DNA of 64,000 nucleotides from a virus: IMG/VR virus record IMGVR_UViG_3300020204_000007, positions 1 to 64,000 of that record; one strand, 5' to 3'. Shown piece by piece: positions 19,901 to 29,391 of this stretch (position 1 is its first letter; each line of letters starts with the position of its first letter). The notes under the pieces were generated by a model. It saw only the letters and a program-made list of their open reading frames with translations, ran no database searches and was not told where the DNA came from. The position numbers and the translations under genes were made by a program.

Positions 19901-22900
19901 CAGATTTATCTACTTCTTGAAAAGAAGTGTGAGAAATTTTTAGTTGTGATTCATTAGGATCAGTTGGGAACGAAAAATTAAATCTAAAATCATGAACAGG
20001 ACCATATTGTGTTGATTTAATCACAAATGTGTCCGAAGGATTGCCTGCAAATGGTAAAGATGGGTAAACCGTATGGATCACTGTTGGTTTAAATAAAATA
20101 TTAAAATCTGTAAAATCAAATGATCTATATGGACTATTTGGTTCAAAAAACGGTCTATTTTCATCATCTGGATCTTTAATTGTAAAAAATAGCTGATTGC
20201 CTGGACCAGAGCCAAAAGGGCTGACAGTTTCTGTCAAAACTTTTTTATACAGAGGAATACTTGTCGTTTTATTTGTTGAATCTAGATCCATCTCAACAAC
20301 TAATTTATCAACTGGCGTGAACGGTAAATCATTCAATCTAACTGATAAATTAGTTTTATTTTCATTTGTACCGTAAATAGTCTGCGGTTTTGGTTGAAGA
20401 ACATCAATCCCCCGTGTAAAACCCGCAAATGGTGCGGAAGAATCATTATTATAAACACGAGAAATTACACTAGAGTTTCTGCCAGAAATAAAAGCTTCTT
20501 GCAATCCTTTTGGATAATCTAAAATATTTTGTGAGGCGCGAGAAGCAGGATTTCTTTCATCGTTTAAAATTTCTGTTTCTGTTGTGCCAAAACTTAAATA
20601 TCCGCGAGTATTATAAAAATCTTTTGGATAAGTAGGCCCATTAATTTGTAAAATATATGGAGCACCACCACCAATGAATCCACTATTTTTTGAAGCAATA
20701 TGTGGCTGAATACTAGCTGCTACGGCAGGCACAAAAACGTTTTGTGCTGACGATACAGAAGCTAGAACTGAAATTTTTGAATCATTTTCAGAAAAATTAT
20801 TGCTACGAATAGCTAATTGTCTAGGGGAAATTTTGTATGCATATCCACCAATTAATATTTTGTTAATTTCTGTGGTTAAAACATCTACCGTTTGGTAATC
20901 AGAAATTGGAATATTAATGATTTGAGGAATAGAATTTTCACATTTGAACGCATGTAACATGCCAACAGTTAAATCAAATGTTGACGGAACAGATGGTATA
21001 TATCCATCAATTGTTGTTTTGCCTAATGTTGCAGACGCAATTGCTGAAACGGGCAGATCAATATAAAATTCATTGATTGTTGGTGCCGGAGAGTTTTTAA
21101 TAACTGCGGTATATGGAAAAGTTAATCCAGGAAACATTGACTGAACGAGAGGGCTTGCATCTGTGATTCTAAATGTTTCTAATGGCTGAAATCCATGATT
21201 TGGTAAAATCACTTTAATCATTGGATCGCCAACAGTCGCTTCAATCAATGTGTCAGAAAAAATACCAAAAAAAGCTTCTCGTTCAATTTTTGATGTTTCA
21301 ATATCAATGAATGTATCTTTTTGTACAAAAAAATTAATTGTGTTTGGAACAAACGTATCTGTAATACCAGAAATTAATTTTTTAAATTTAAAATTAGATA
21401 CTGAAACTACTTCAGTTACTTGGTGAAATCCAAGTAAGTCTGTGTCATTTAATTGTGAGCTAGGCGCTAGATTTGTTGCAGTTAACTCAAATGTTTGGCC
21501 GACAATAAAATTATGATTTTGAGATGTAGAAACAGAAAAAGTTACATATCCTTCTGAATCTGTTGTTGTATGAGTCATAGGGCATAGATTAAACAATTGG
21601 TCTTCGCCGCGAGTACACAATCCTTTTTGTAAAACTTTCATTAAGCTGTTTGTTCTACCTGGCATTTTATTTGCCACAGAAGAATCACTGGCTAGAAAAA
21701 TAAAATCGCCTAATTCAATTCCAGAATAAACTGTATTATCTGTATTCAATAATCTAATAATATTTAAATCTGGAGACAAAATTTGTGGAGTTAAAGAACT
21801 AGAACCGCTTACGGCAAGTTGTCTAATTGTAAATTCTCCATCAACCCCTACTACAATTCTTGGCGCACCAAAATTTGTTTTTCCTGCTGAAAAAACTCCG
21901 CTCACTGCTTCTTTTGATCTAATTTCTGCGCGAGTATATTTTGAAGAAACAGTTACGTTATCATTTAATTGCGGTTCTTTAATTAATTTAATTTCGCCAC
22001 GAACACGATTAATTTCAAAATCTGGTTCTGCTCCATAACTTTCTAATTTATCTGATGCATTAAATAATTTATTTACACCAATCCATGTTGCAGGTAGACC
22101 AGTGGATGTAACAGTTTCAATTTTCACTGATCCAGATGCACTAAGCGTCTGCCATGAAGAGAAAGCTAATTTTGAGCCAACTTGATATACCTTAACTCCA
22201 GCAACTTTCTTTTTGAAAATTTTAATCCAGTCTGTTATTTGCGCTGTTGAAATGGTTCTGCCTATTGCTAAAAAATCTTGATTAGTAATAGAAAAAACTT
22301 GCGGAACACCATCGACTGTCATTTGGACATTTGTTAAATCTAATTCAGTCAACGATAACCATGGGAAATTAGCTGTATATACTGTTGCTGAACTGCCTTT
22401 AAAAGACATTAATGCATTATTTTTATAAAGATAAATTGGCCTAACTACGTGAGTAGGAAGTCCTAATATAACTTGAAGTGGGCTTGGAAGAATTTGCAAA
22501 GTTTCTGCTGTACCTGAAATATCAAATATTGATAAAACAGAACCATTTTTTGCCGTGCGGAATCCTAAACTTGATGCGCTGTTTAAAATAACTGCGTTAA
22601 ACGCTCGAACAATTTCAGAAGGCTGAACTGCTAGTAGGTTAGCATATTGAGAAATGCTAATATAAAATCTAGAAGAAACTCCATCTAACACAATATCTAA
22701 ATACATTCTATCTTGAAGAGTATACGGTCCAGGCTCTACGCCTTCAGCTACGCACCCAGTAATTGGATAATTGGATGTTTTAAGAAAAATTTCTTGTCCA
22801 CTAGATTTTACTAGTAGATCTTCATAATCTAATCCTTTGAAAGACGGTTCAAGACCTGATCCATCATCAATGTAAATTTTTGTTGCTTCATTTTGATTAG

Positions 22901-23864
22901 TTGATTCAACAATATTTAATGATGTGATTGTTTTGCCGCTTTCGGGATCTCGTAATCCTTGCAAAGAACTAGAAATTGAAAGCTTTGTACCTCTGCTTAA
23001 TGAAGCAATATAACTTGCAATTCTTTGCCTTAAAGACTCGTCGCCTTCGGCACTTGTTCCGTTTGTAAAATTAGAAATATTTGTGACAGACGCCCCAGAA
23101 AAAGGAGGGGAGACGAATTCTTTTACAGCGCCGGATGATACGTTTCCTAATTCGCCAAAAGAAGTGCATGTTGCTGTTGTATAAACAGTATCTTCACCAT
23201 CAAAAAGACTTGTTGTGCGATCAATAGTATATTGAACTGGAACATTACCATTAGATCCTGGCGCAAGAATCAAAGTTCCTGCTGTAATTTGCCGATTGCC
23301 CCCTTGCGAAAGGACAGCGGATTCACCAAATGTATGATTATTCACTAATGGAGTTGCATTATTTAATGTCAATGACCAATAAGTAGTATTGTTTTGAATG
23401 TCTGTATATTGAATTGGACCTTCTTCATTTGGAGTGTTTCTTCCTAGATAAAAAGATCCAGATGATGGCCAACCAGTACAATCTTGTAAATAAACTTTTA
23501 ATGATCCTGCGTATGGCGCAGGTTTGCCAATATAAACTGAGGTGGCTTTTTTAGAGAACGCTGAAGATATTTTTACTTGTCCACTAGAGCGTTTAGACGG
23601 AAAACGGCCAAAACCACCAACTCCGTTAGGAATTTGAGCTTCAATTGCTTTTTCATCTAACTCACTTCCAACTAATGTTTGGAGATTTGAGCTCTCTAAG
23701 ATTTTCAATACACCTAATTGGTTTTGATAATCTTGCAGGGCTGCTGCTTCTAAAATTGTAGAAGTCACACTCCCTTCACTAACATCGGTAATATCCGTAT
23801 TAGCAGTGAGCTTACGAATCATATCAGCTAAAATCGATTGAACGCTTTTAACTGTTATCGCCAT
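16908..23864 (-). CDS. Giant baseplate J / gp6-like wedge protein (2318 aa)
   Basis: N-terminal ITDVSEGSVTSTILEAAA..L.GSELDEKA and FTNGTSAEGDESLRQRI; C-terminal VRAAG..VKSAITSYINALGVGKEVVVSEIIKHVQEVPGVKNV. These are baseplate-J hallmarks, separated by about 1800 aa of inserted domains. Confidence 0.85.
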   Translation of the reverse strand: MAITVKSVQSILADMIRKLTANTDITDVSEGSVTSTILEAAALQDYQNQLGVLKILESSNLQTLVGSELDEKAIEAQIPNGVGGFGRFPSKRSSGQVKISSAFSKKATSVYIGKPAPYAGSLKVYLQDCTGWPSSGSFYLGRNTPNEEGPIQYTDIQNNTTYWSLTLNNATPLVNNHTFGESAVLSQGGNRQITAGTLILAPGSNGNVPVQYTIDRTTSLFDGEDTVYTTATCTSFGELGNVSSGAVKEFVSPPFSGASVTNISNFTNGTSAEGDESLRQRIASYIASLSRGTKLSISSSLQGLRDPESGKTITSLNIVESTNQNEATKIYIDDGSGLEPSFKGLDYEDLLVKSSGQEIFLKTSNYPITGCVAEGVEPGPYTLQDRMYLDIVLDGVSSRFYISISQYANLLAVQPSEIVRAFNAVILNSASSLGFRTAKNGSVLSIFDISGTAETLQILPSPLQVILGLPTHVVRPIYLYKNNALMSFKGSSATVYTANFPWLSLTELDLTNVQMTVDGVPQVFSITNQDFLAIGRTISTAQITDWIKIFKKKVAGVKVYQVGSKLAFSSWQTLSASGSVKIETVTSTGLPATWIGVNKLFNASDKLESYGAEPDFEINRVRGEIKLIKEPQLNDNVTVSSKYTRAEIRSKEAVSGVFSAGKTNFGAPRIVVGVDGEFTIRQLAVSGSSSLTPQILSPDLNIIRLLNTDNTVYSGIELGDFIFLASDSSVANKMPGRTNSLMKVLQKGLCTRGEDQLFNLCPMTHTTTDSEGYVTFSVSTSQNHNFIVGQTFELTATNLAPSSQLNDTDLLGFHQVTEVVSVSNFKFKKLISGITDTFVPNTINFFVQKDTFIDIETSKIEREAFFGIFSDTLIEATVGDPMIKVILPNHGFQPLETFRITDASPLVQSMFPGLTFPYTAVIKNSPAPTINEFYIDLPVSAIASATLGKTTIDGYIPSVPSTFDLTVGMLHAFKCENSIPQIINIPISDYQTVDVLTTEINKILIGGYAYKISPRQLAIRSNNFSENDSKISVLASVSSAQNVFVPAVAASIQPHIASKNSGFIGGGAPYILQINGPTYPKDFYNTRGYLSFGTTETEILNDERNPASRASQNILDYPKGLQEAFISGRNSSVISRVYNNDSSAPFAGFTRGIDVLQPKPQTIYGTNENKTNLSVRLNDLPFTPVDKLVVEMDLDSTNKTTSIPLYKKVLTETVSPFGSGPGNQLFFTIKDPDDENRPFFEPNSPYRSFDFTDFNILFKPTVIHTVYPSLPFAGNPSDTFVIKSTQYGPVHDFRFNFSFPTDPNESQLKISHTSFQEVDKSVLVITCTLCSGPAVLGTQYTGSYTITPSDYTSPTGANIVKFTISAISINLSGAFVIGDILNIGGTELYSGSYLVIETPDPDTVVVSAPGIRMNSYTPVSYISDYAPIQTYTLEPKTIQDILDKCQEYYVDNPVFTIDVTETTDKTKIVKYPTYHTHGNTTARNDLTSILNSNYYHSARAPFGCIAHIHTYSPIDNKITALVQYDDAPLPSQQKILNTGFSSVYADQECILIPGMAKALERWLRFTAISPLDIQAEISRIQDEYYIQFNSYNLGSSGAVKITGVTANSVIASAKTSASRQDSSVKIRTDFSLAQSMPRGSFVEVYNLIPAPIYKAYRTQPSASTLDSKITPNNSPDIETWFKISTGVAYSRPSPNNGRFVFRKSQSGIIGGETVEITKVNSAIAKLQVTSGSGVFNAKVGDMLILRGSQSTTSPFLCNYTSIFNTNNQCISPIEDETGKYIGYPVVHIEDEKIIYVIAPNITTETVVARNTIDSGTMSAIYQSSGIYTGFIKIGPLNNQSDFSVGDVVSISGFIKSSNNGRFRIVAKNLNDIYVQTSRTNIMDDEINVSGIGLNRETTEFMFVPMLKNEKNIKTNYKSGVPKISSDWKISNDESVYYRIKPLGNGFVYVDFSFSSHEDMQLRDLSVSTDDWIYFSEAFAIQNRGKFRIVAHNGKNIFIIKNDNAVAEILALGNTEINADGAVGNLKWQSGPINDTHSQNTADKRHIRIWDSDSVFENDILIIKNASPGTPTWFDTSLIGSWTITKIGLNNEFDLFVEAIIPNATSVSKTLFLANSKNAILFQESVPFKSYRWVSGYAHHNAIQNDAELYLMPQTSAYKLSPAFNTKIKCLHKLDFDESTTVGVDGYKYYTELIAEAHRVLDGLPSNIIAYPGVRAAGTSIEVSAPLIKSIQIALTVDSKDGISLNSIKNPVKSAITSYINALGVGKEVVVSEIIKHVQEVPGVKNVQIDFTLPIANEGVIKVGSFEVPRISKPEDVLL

Positions 23865-23877
23865 TTTTAATTCTCCA

Positions 23878-25425
23878 TCAAATCACAAAAGCTAATGGTA
23901 TTAGTTGGTTAGATCCAGCAATTGTAACAAATACCGTCATTCCAATTTTATTATCTGCAGAAATATTTATATCTCTAAGTGTAACAGATGTAAAACGTAG
24001 ATCTTGTTTCAATGTTTGTTCAATCACTGATGCTATTTTCGTTGAAGTTGTAGCACCTTGCAAGGCAAAACCAATATTATTTGATAATCCATAATTAGGG
24101 TGTAATGGCAATTGCCCTTTTTCAGTTTCAATCATTAATCGCGCAGTTTGCCTTACGTTATTTATTCCAAATTGATATTTTAAATCTCCGCTAGTATCAA
24201 GCAAAAGATCGCCAGTAATATCGTCTCGAGCTATATCTACTCCAAATGATAAAAGAGCTTTATCTAATTGTTTTAACTCGCCTTCAGTTGGTTCTGGAAT
24301 ATTTGTATACGGCGCAGAAACCGTTACCGGAATTTTAACTAAAGAAAAATCTGTGATAGTTTCTGGCTGAAACACCCGAATGAAAGGAACGTGTGAAATT
24401 GATAGTTTAGATAAATCTTGATTTCCACTAAGATAAATAGTAGCAGAACCGTCACGGTTATCGTTAACCTGTTGAATTTTTCTAACTTCTTCTGGAACAA
24501 TACGGCTTCCTATCTTGATAGCTGAATTGATTCGGAATTTTTCTTGTTGAGAAATAGGAACCCTCAAAGTAGCCGCACTTCCGCTTTCTAACAAAAGAAT
24601 TTTTTCACCGTATAAATCTATATATGGCGGTTTTAAATTATTCACCGTTACTAGCTCATACCATCTATCTGCGCTGCCTAAGTAATCTTGAGCCATTTGT
24701 TGCAAACTTTTTTCAAATGGAACAACGATATAACTGCGGTATATATTTTCTACCCTAACATCAGAATTACTTTCAATTAATTTAGAATTTGCAAATGCCA
24801 AAAGATTAGGGGCGATATTTTTTTGATATTTAAACTCAATGATAATACCTTCTATATAGTTTTCTAGCTCAATAGTATTATTGAGAATTTGCAAATCAGA
24901 AATAAAATAATCTCTTTGTTTTGGAGAACTTTTTCTATTTCTAACAGAATCGTAATAGGAATCTCCTAAACCAATGAAATCAAACGCAATATCTCTTTGG
25001 GATTTTAAAAATTTCAGCATTTCTTTAAAATTTTCAACAGAAAAATTTTGAACTCTTTGTTTTTCTTGTTCAATAAATGATTCTTCTGGATCAGTCAATT
25101 CCATTGAATTGATATTGATTAAATTCAATAATTCAGTCATTTCTGCAAAAATGTTTAAATCTCTGAATGGATTGACCGCTGCACCATTTTCGTAACTTTC
25201 AATAAAATCATGAAATTGTAAAATTTGTTTAACAAGAAACTCATCCCCGTTTGCATAATTTGTAAATAACTCTGTTATTTTGTTCTTATTTTTTACAAAC
25301 CATGGCCAACGATCAGAAGCCAGCTTTGGAAATAGTCCTAAAGCTGGAGAGCCGCCGGTTCGAACAAGAAGATACAATTGCAAATCTATCTGTAATGAAA
25401 ATCTGTCGGTGTACTGCGTTGCCAT
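23878..25425 (-). CDS. Baseplate protein with LysM-like segment and C-terminal gp25/GPW-like domain (515 aa)
   Basis: SLQQMAQDYLGSADRWYELVTVNNLKPPYI (LysM / tail-X-like); GDLKYQFGINNVRQ..TEKGQLPLHPNYG..LKQDLRF (gp25-like). Confidence 0.75.
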   Translation of the reverse strand: MATQYTDRFSLQIDLQLYLLVRTGGSPALGLFPKLASDRWPWFVKNKNKITELFTNYANGDEFLVKQILQFHDFIESYENGAAVNPFRDLNIFAEMTELLNLININSMELTDPEESFIEQEKQRVQNFSVENFKEMLKFLKSQRDIAFDFIGLGDSYYDSVRNRKSSPKQRDYFISDLQILNNTIELENYIEGIIIEFKYQKNIAPNLLAFANSKLIESNSDVRVENIYRSYIVVPFEKSLQQMAQDYLGSADRWYELVTVNNLKPPYIDLYGEKILLLESGSAATLRVPISQQEKFRINSAIKIGSRIVPEEVRKIQQVNDNRDGSATIYLSGNQDLSKLSISHVPFIRVFQPETITDFSLVKIPVTVSAPYTNIPEPTEGELKQLDKALLSFGVDIARDDITGDLLLDTSGDLKYQFGINNVRQTARLMIETEKGQLPLHPNYGLSNNIGFALQGATTSTKIASVIEQTLKQDLRFTSVTLRDINISADNKIGMTVFVTIAGSNQLIPLAFVI

Positions 25426-25446
25426 TTTTCTTCCTCTTGTTCTTAT

Positions 25447-25455
25447 TTTATATCA
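25447..25455 (-). promoter_or_regulatory. Putative extended -10 promoter (TGATATAAA) for the baseplate operon
   Basis: About 20 nt upstream of ATG 25425 and its GAGGA SD, in a divergent intergenic region. Confidence 0.4.
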
Positions 25456-25593
25456 TTCCACCCGACCGTTTTCTCCAACCCTTCCTTTTATATATCCCAT
25501 ATTTATATAAAGCCAACTGTTTAAAACAAGAAGTAAAATAAATAACAAGTCAACGCAAACAAACTAGGATACAGTGAAGAATACGGAGGATAT

Positions 25594-25884
25594 ATGAAAG
25601 ATATCAACGGGCAACTGATGAAGTTCCTCCATGCTGCAACTGCGGAAGAAGACTTAAACGAAATAGTTTATCAGCTGCGGGGAAGCAATTATCGTAGCTT
25701 ACGACTTGTTAACCTTAGTAGAACAAAATTTATGGACTCAGATTTCTTATTTAATAATCAACAATATAAAATTGTGGTAACTCGCAAATTACCACCTTTT
25801 GATTCTTCTATGTTTGAAGAAGAATATCTGGAGGAAGAGAATGAAATACTATCTGACGGAGATGACACAGAGTTTTGTCCGTAG
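25594..25884 (+). CDS. Hypothetical protein with acidic C-terminus (96 aa)
   Basis: Strong GGAGGA SD before ATG. Confidence 0.65.
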   Translation: MKDINGQLMKFLHAATAEEDLNEIVYQLRGSNYRSLRLVNLSRTKFMDSDFLFNNQQYKIVVTRKLPPFDSSMFEEEYLEEENEILSDGDDTEFCP

Positions 25885-26167
25885 TCTTTGTATCGAAGAT
25901 TATGGACACCCATATTTTTTATGGGCAGTTTCTACAGCTGGCGAAGCGGGAGATCTTCTTTGGATAGAACAACCGTGGGCTTCTCCGTTTAGAAACGATT
26001 TTATTAAATTCATGACTGAGCCGCAAGAATACGATATGAAACAAGAGTGGAAAGTAATTTTTGAATTTAATGACTTAAAGCAATTGCCAGATTATTTAAT
26101 AAATAATGAAATTTTAAATCAAAATTATAAAAAAGCACTATTACAAGAAATATCCGTAATTATTTAA
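25841..26167 (+). CDS. Hypothetical protein (about 108 aa)
   Basis: GGAGGA SD upstream of ATG 25841 (MKYYLTEM), preferred over the track start at 25799. Confidence 0.6.
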   Translation: MKYYLTEMTQSFVRSLCIEDYGHPYFLWAVSTAGEAGDLLWIEQPWASPFRNDFIKFMTEPQEYDMKQEWKVIFEFNDLKQLPDYLINNEILNQNYKKALLQEISVII

Positions 26168-26180
26168 CGAAAGATTTAAA

Positions 26181-29099
26181 ATGTCGCATTTTAAACTGTT
26201 TGATTTTACCGACCAACATCCAGAAGAAAAACGCCCGTGGAAAAATACTTGGAATAATAAAAAAATTTGTGCCAATCCTCATTGCCATTCACATTTTTCA
26301 TTAGACGGTGGCTCAACCGTTCAATCAATGATTGATCGTGCGATTGAACTTGAATATACTCATTTCACTCTTTCGGAACACGGTAATGTAAACAGTGCAG
26401 TTTCTTTGTATCGAGAGGCAGAAAAGTTTAATAAGAAAACTCAAAAGATCAAACTGTTTCATTCCGTTGAAGGATATATTCGTCATCCTAAAGATGAAAA
26501 ATCTACACACATAACAATTGGTTTTAAAACTAAACAAGCTTTTCAAAAGTACTGCGAATTAACACATACCTTATACGACGAAAACCACATGGAAGTCAAA
26601 TGGGGTGATGTAAAACCTGTTATGACTTTAGAACATTTAGAAGAATTAGCGGCATTTGGAATTGTTGTTGGCACTGGATGCATTGGTTCATTTTTTAATT
26701 ATCCAATTTATAAAACTGGCAACCCTCAAGAAGCACGCGCTCGCTTAGAATGGGTTATTTCTTTAATTGGCAAAGAAAATATATATGACGAATGGATTGT
26801 AGATGATCTAAGTAATTATTATACACCGGCAAAGATTGAAAACGGCACAATCATTAAAGAAGCAAGTTTGGAGCTAAATGAATGCTCGCCGCATTTATTA
26901 CAATATGGCCAAAATAGTCCAAATATCGGTAAGAGTGTTAATAATGTCCGTAGGGAGTATGTAACTGGCCCACTTAATATTAAGCCCGTGGCCTCACTTG
27001 ATTCGCATTATGCGCATCGAAAAGATAAAGTGATTCAAGATTCTAAGAACTATGGATCTGATTGGATCATGTCTAACTTCCAACATATGCGTGGTGCCGA
27101 AGAATATGCGTATGAGGCAAAAAAATTTGCAGAACTAGATGACAAATTCATTGAAGAATTGCTAGATAACACTGGCGATTACGCTGCTCAATTTGATAAT
27201 TATGAATTTGGCCCGTCAAAAGAATGGATTATGCCAAATTACCAAGATTCTAATCTTAAATGGATTGTAGAAAAAATTAAATCCGAAGAAAGAATTAATT
27301 TACAAGAAAAAAATTACGCCGACCGACTTAATTATGAAATCAAAGTCCTTGGTAATAATGGTGTATTTGATGGTTTAGCATATCTAAGAACTGTTAGTGA
27401 AATTTGTGACGAAGCTGGGAAACGAAATATTCTAGTTAATACTCGCGGGTCTGCTGGCGGAAGTTTATCGTATTTTGCCGTAGGTGCATCTGTAACAGAT
27501 CCTCTTAAATACGATTTACAATTTGAGCGACATATTACATTAGGTCGTATCAAATCTGGTTCATTGCCCGACTGCGATTTAGACTTTGATGTTAAAGACG
27601 AAGCTTTGTCGATGATCTATCAAATATATCCTAATCGCGTCCTACCAATTTCAGTGAACCAAAATCTTAAACCTAGATCTGCAATTAAAGATGCTGAACG
27701 ATTTATTCTTGGAGCAGTAAGACAAGAAACAGAAATTTTAACCAAGTCAATGCCCATTGTTCCGCAGGGAAAAGACGAAACGGAGTGGTTGTTTGGTTAT
27801 GAAGATTTGGAAACTAGCGAGCATGTGCAGGGTTATTTTGAAACTTCTGCAGATTTGCAAGCGTATGCGCAAAAAAACCCAGAAATCTGGATGATGGTTG
27901 AGCAAATGTGTGGAGTTATGCGTCAAAAATCTTCACATCCATGCGGATTAATTATTACGCCAACTGAGAGTAAATACTGGCTTCCAGTTTGTCGCGTTGG
28001 TGGTAAGAATGGTGCGCTTGTAACTGCATGGTGCCCAAAAGACTTGGAATGGTATCGCGCAGTAAAATTTGATGTACTTGGTGTTAAGAAAATGCAAACT
28101 ATCAAAAAAGCATTTGAATTAATTAAAAAACGCCATGATGTTGATTTAACTTGGGGAGAATTTACTCATAGTGATGAAGTTTTTGAAAACATTTATCACA
28201 CAGGTCAAACCGATGCGACGTTTCAAACAAACACCGCGGGTATTCGTTCTTTGTGCGTAAGAACCAAGCCAAAAAATATTGTAGACATTTCCAACCTTAT
28301 TGCTTTGTATCGACCTTCTACAATCGACTGGCAGATGCACTTGCAGCCATCTGAAGAACGTCCAAGTGGGTTTAACGGTAACGCTATGGAGTTTTATGTC
28401 CAATGCTCTGCCGGCCGTCAAAAACCTTACTACATCCATCCAAGCTTAGAGCCAATTTTTAGTTCTACATTTGGAGTTCCTTTGTTTCAAGAACAAGTCT
28501 TGAAACTTGCGCGAGAGGTTGGCGGTTATTCATTCGAAGAGGCAGAAAACCTTCGGCGTGGTATTGGTAAAAAAGATAAAAAACTCATCAATGAAATTTT
28601 GGATGACTTGGAAAGTCGAATTATTCAAAATGATCCATCTTGGAGTGAAAAACAAATCCAAGAATTACGGGAAATGGTTATAGCATCTGCTCGTTATGGC
28701 TTTAATTGTGCTCATAGCACTTCTTATGGAATTGTTTCTTATGCGACTGCATGGCTTAAACACCATTATCCAATTGAGTTTTGGACTGCTGAATTGAGTG
28801 TAGAATATGGCGATGAAGATAAACTAAGAGAATACTCACAGCTTATTTCTGATAAATTATTACAGCCTTCGGTATTGCATTCGGACACTACTGAATTTGT
28901 TATTGAAGGGGATAAAATCCGCGTTCCGCTCTGTGTTCTAAAGGGTGTTGGGGAAGAGGCAGCTAAAGCTGTTAAACGGATAATGCATAATAGTCTAGAG
29001 GGAATGGGGTTAACGAAAAAACCCGAGACTGTTAAACGTGCAAAAATATCTGGTAATAAAGAATCGAATGATAATTTGCTCACGGTCGGGCAAGAATAA
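26181..29099 (+). CDS. dnaE: DNA polymerase III alpha (DnaE-type), N-terminal part: PHP, palm, fingers, first half of HhH
   Basis: PHP HCHSHFSLDG / SEHGN / DSHY; RGSAGGSL; FERHI..R..PDCDLDF; KFDVLG; FQEQV; YGFNCAHSTSY..AWLKHHYP; ends shortly after LKGVGEEAAKAV with no OB-fold. Confidence 0.95.
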   Translation: MSHFKLFDFTDQHPEEKRPWKNTWNNKKICANPHCHSHFSLDGGSTVQSMIDRAIELEYTHFTLSEHGNVNSAVSLYREAEKFNKKTQKIKLFHSVEGYIRHPKDEKSTHITIGFKTKQAFQKYCELTHTLYDENHMEVKWGDVKPVMTLEHLEELAAFGIVVGTGCIGSFFNYPIYKTGNPQEARARLEWVISLIGKENIYDEWIVDDLSNYYTPAKIENGTIIKEASLELNECSPHLLQYGQNSPNIGKSVNNVRREYVTGPLNIKPVASLDSHYAHRKDKVIQDSKNYGSDWIMSNFQHMRGAEEYAYEAKKFAELDDKFIEELLDNTGDYAAQFDNYEFGPSKEWIMPNYQDSNLKWIVEKIKSEERINLQEKNYADRLNYEIKVLGNNGVFDGLAYLRTVSEICDEAGKRNILVNTRGSAGGSLSYFAVGASVTDPLKYDLQFERHITLGRIKSGSLPDCDLDFDVKDEALSMIYQIYPNRVLPISVNQNLKPRSAIKDAERFILGAVRQETEILTKSMPIVPQGKDETEWLFGYEDLETSEHVQGYFETSADLQAYAQKNPEIWMMVEQMCGVMRQKSSHPCGLIITPTESKYWLPVCRVGGKNGALVTAWCPKDLEWYRAVKFDVLGVKKMQTIKKAFELIKKRHDVDLTWGEFTHSDEVFENIYHTGQTDATFQTNTAGIRSLCVRTKPKNIVDISNLIALYRPSTIDWQMHLQPSEERPSGFNGNAMEFYVQCSAGRQKPYYIHPSLEPIFSSTFGVPLFQEQVLKLAREVGGYSFEEAENLRRGIGKKDKKLINEILDDLESRIIQNDPSWSEKQIQELREMVIASARYGFNCAHSTSYGIVSYATAWLKHHYPIEFWTAELSVEYGDEDKLREYSQLISDKLLQPSVLHSDTTEFVIEGDKIRVPLCVLKGVGEEAAKAVKRIMHNSLEGMGLTKKPETVKRAKISGNKESNDNLLTVGQE

Positions 29100-29391
29100 A
29101 AAAACAAAAACTTATTTTTTGTGGTGGCGATCTAACTTTCCTAATTGGAAAAGTATTATTAAATACAAGATGCCAACTCGAATCAATAAGAAAACAAATT
29201 ATAGAAATAAAACTGGGTTGCCTAGATTTTTTTGGGTGATGTTGACAGATTCTAAAGGGCAGCCAATTCCTATAGAAGAAATTGAAAAATTAACAATATT
29301 TGAGTGTTCTTCAAAGATAGATTTATTAGAGTATTTAGCAGAAAAAAACTTTCCAGAAGAAATAATTAATTTATTTACTTCAAAACTCTAA
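29038..29391 (+). CDS. Hypothetical protein (start uncertain)
   Basis: Fills the gap between dnaE and the convergent lysis cassette; true start may be further downstream. Confidence 0.4.
   Translation: MQKYLVIKNRMIICSRSGKNKKTKTYFLWWRSNFPNWKSIIKYKMPTRINKKTNYRNKTGLPRFFWVMLTDSKGQPIPIEEIEKLTIFECSSKIDLLEYLAEKNFPEEIINLFTSKL

Noticed and set aside
28900-29099. Split intein at the DnaE break
   Set aside because: No Cys/Ser-initiated intein N-block after the HhH half, and no HN-C/S/T junction at the start of the 44536-45339 protein.
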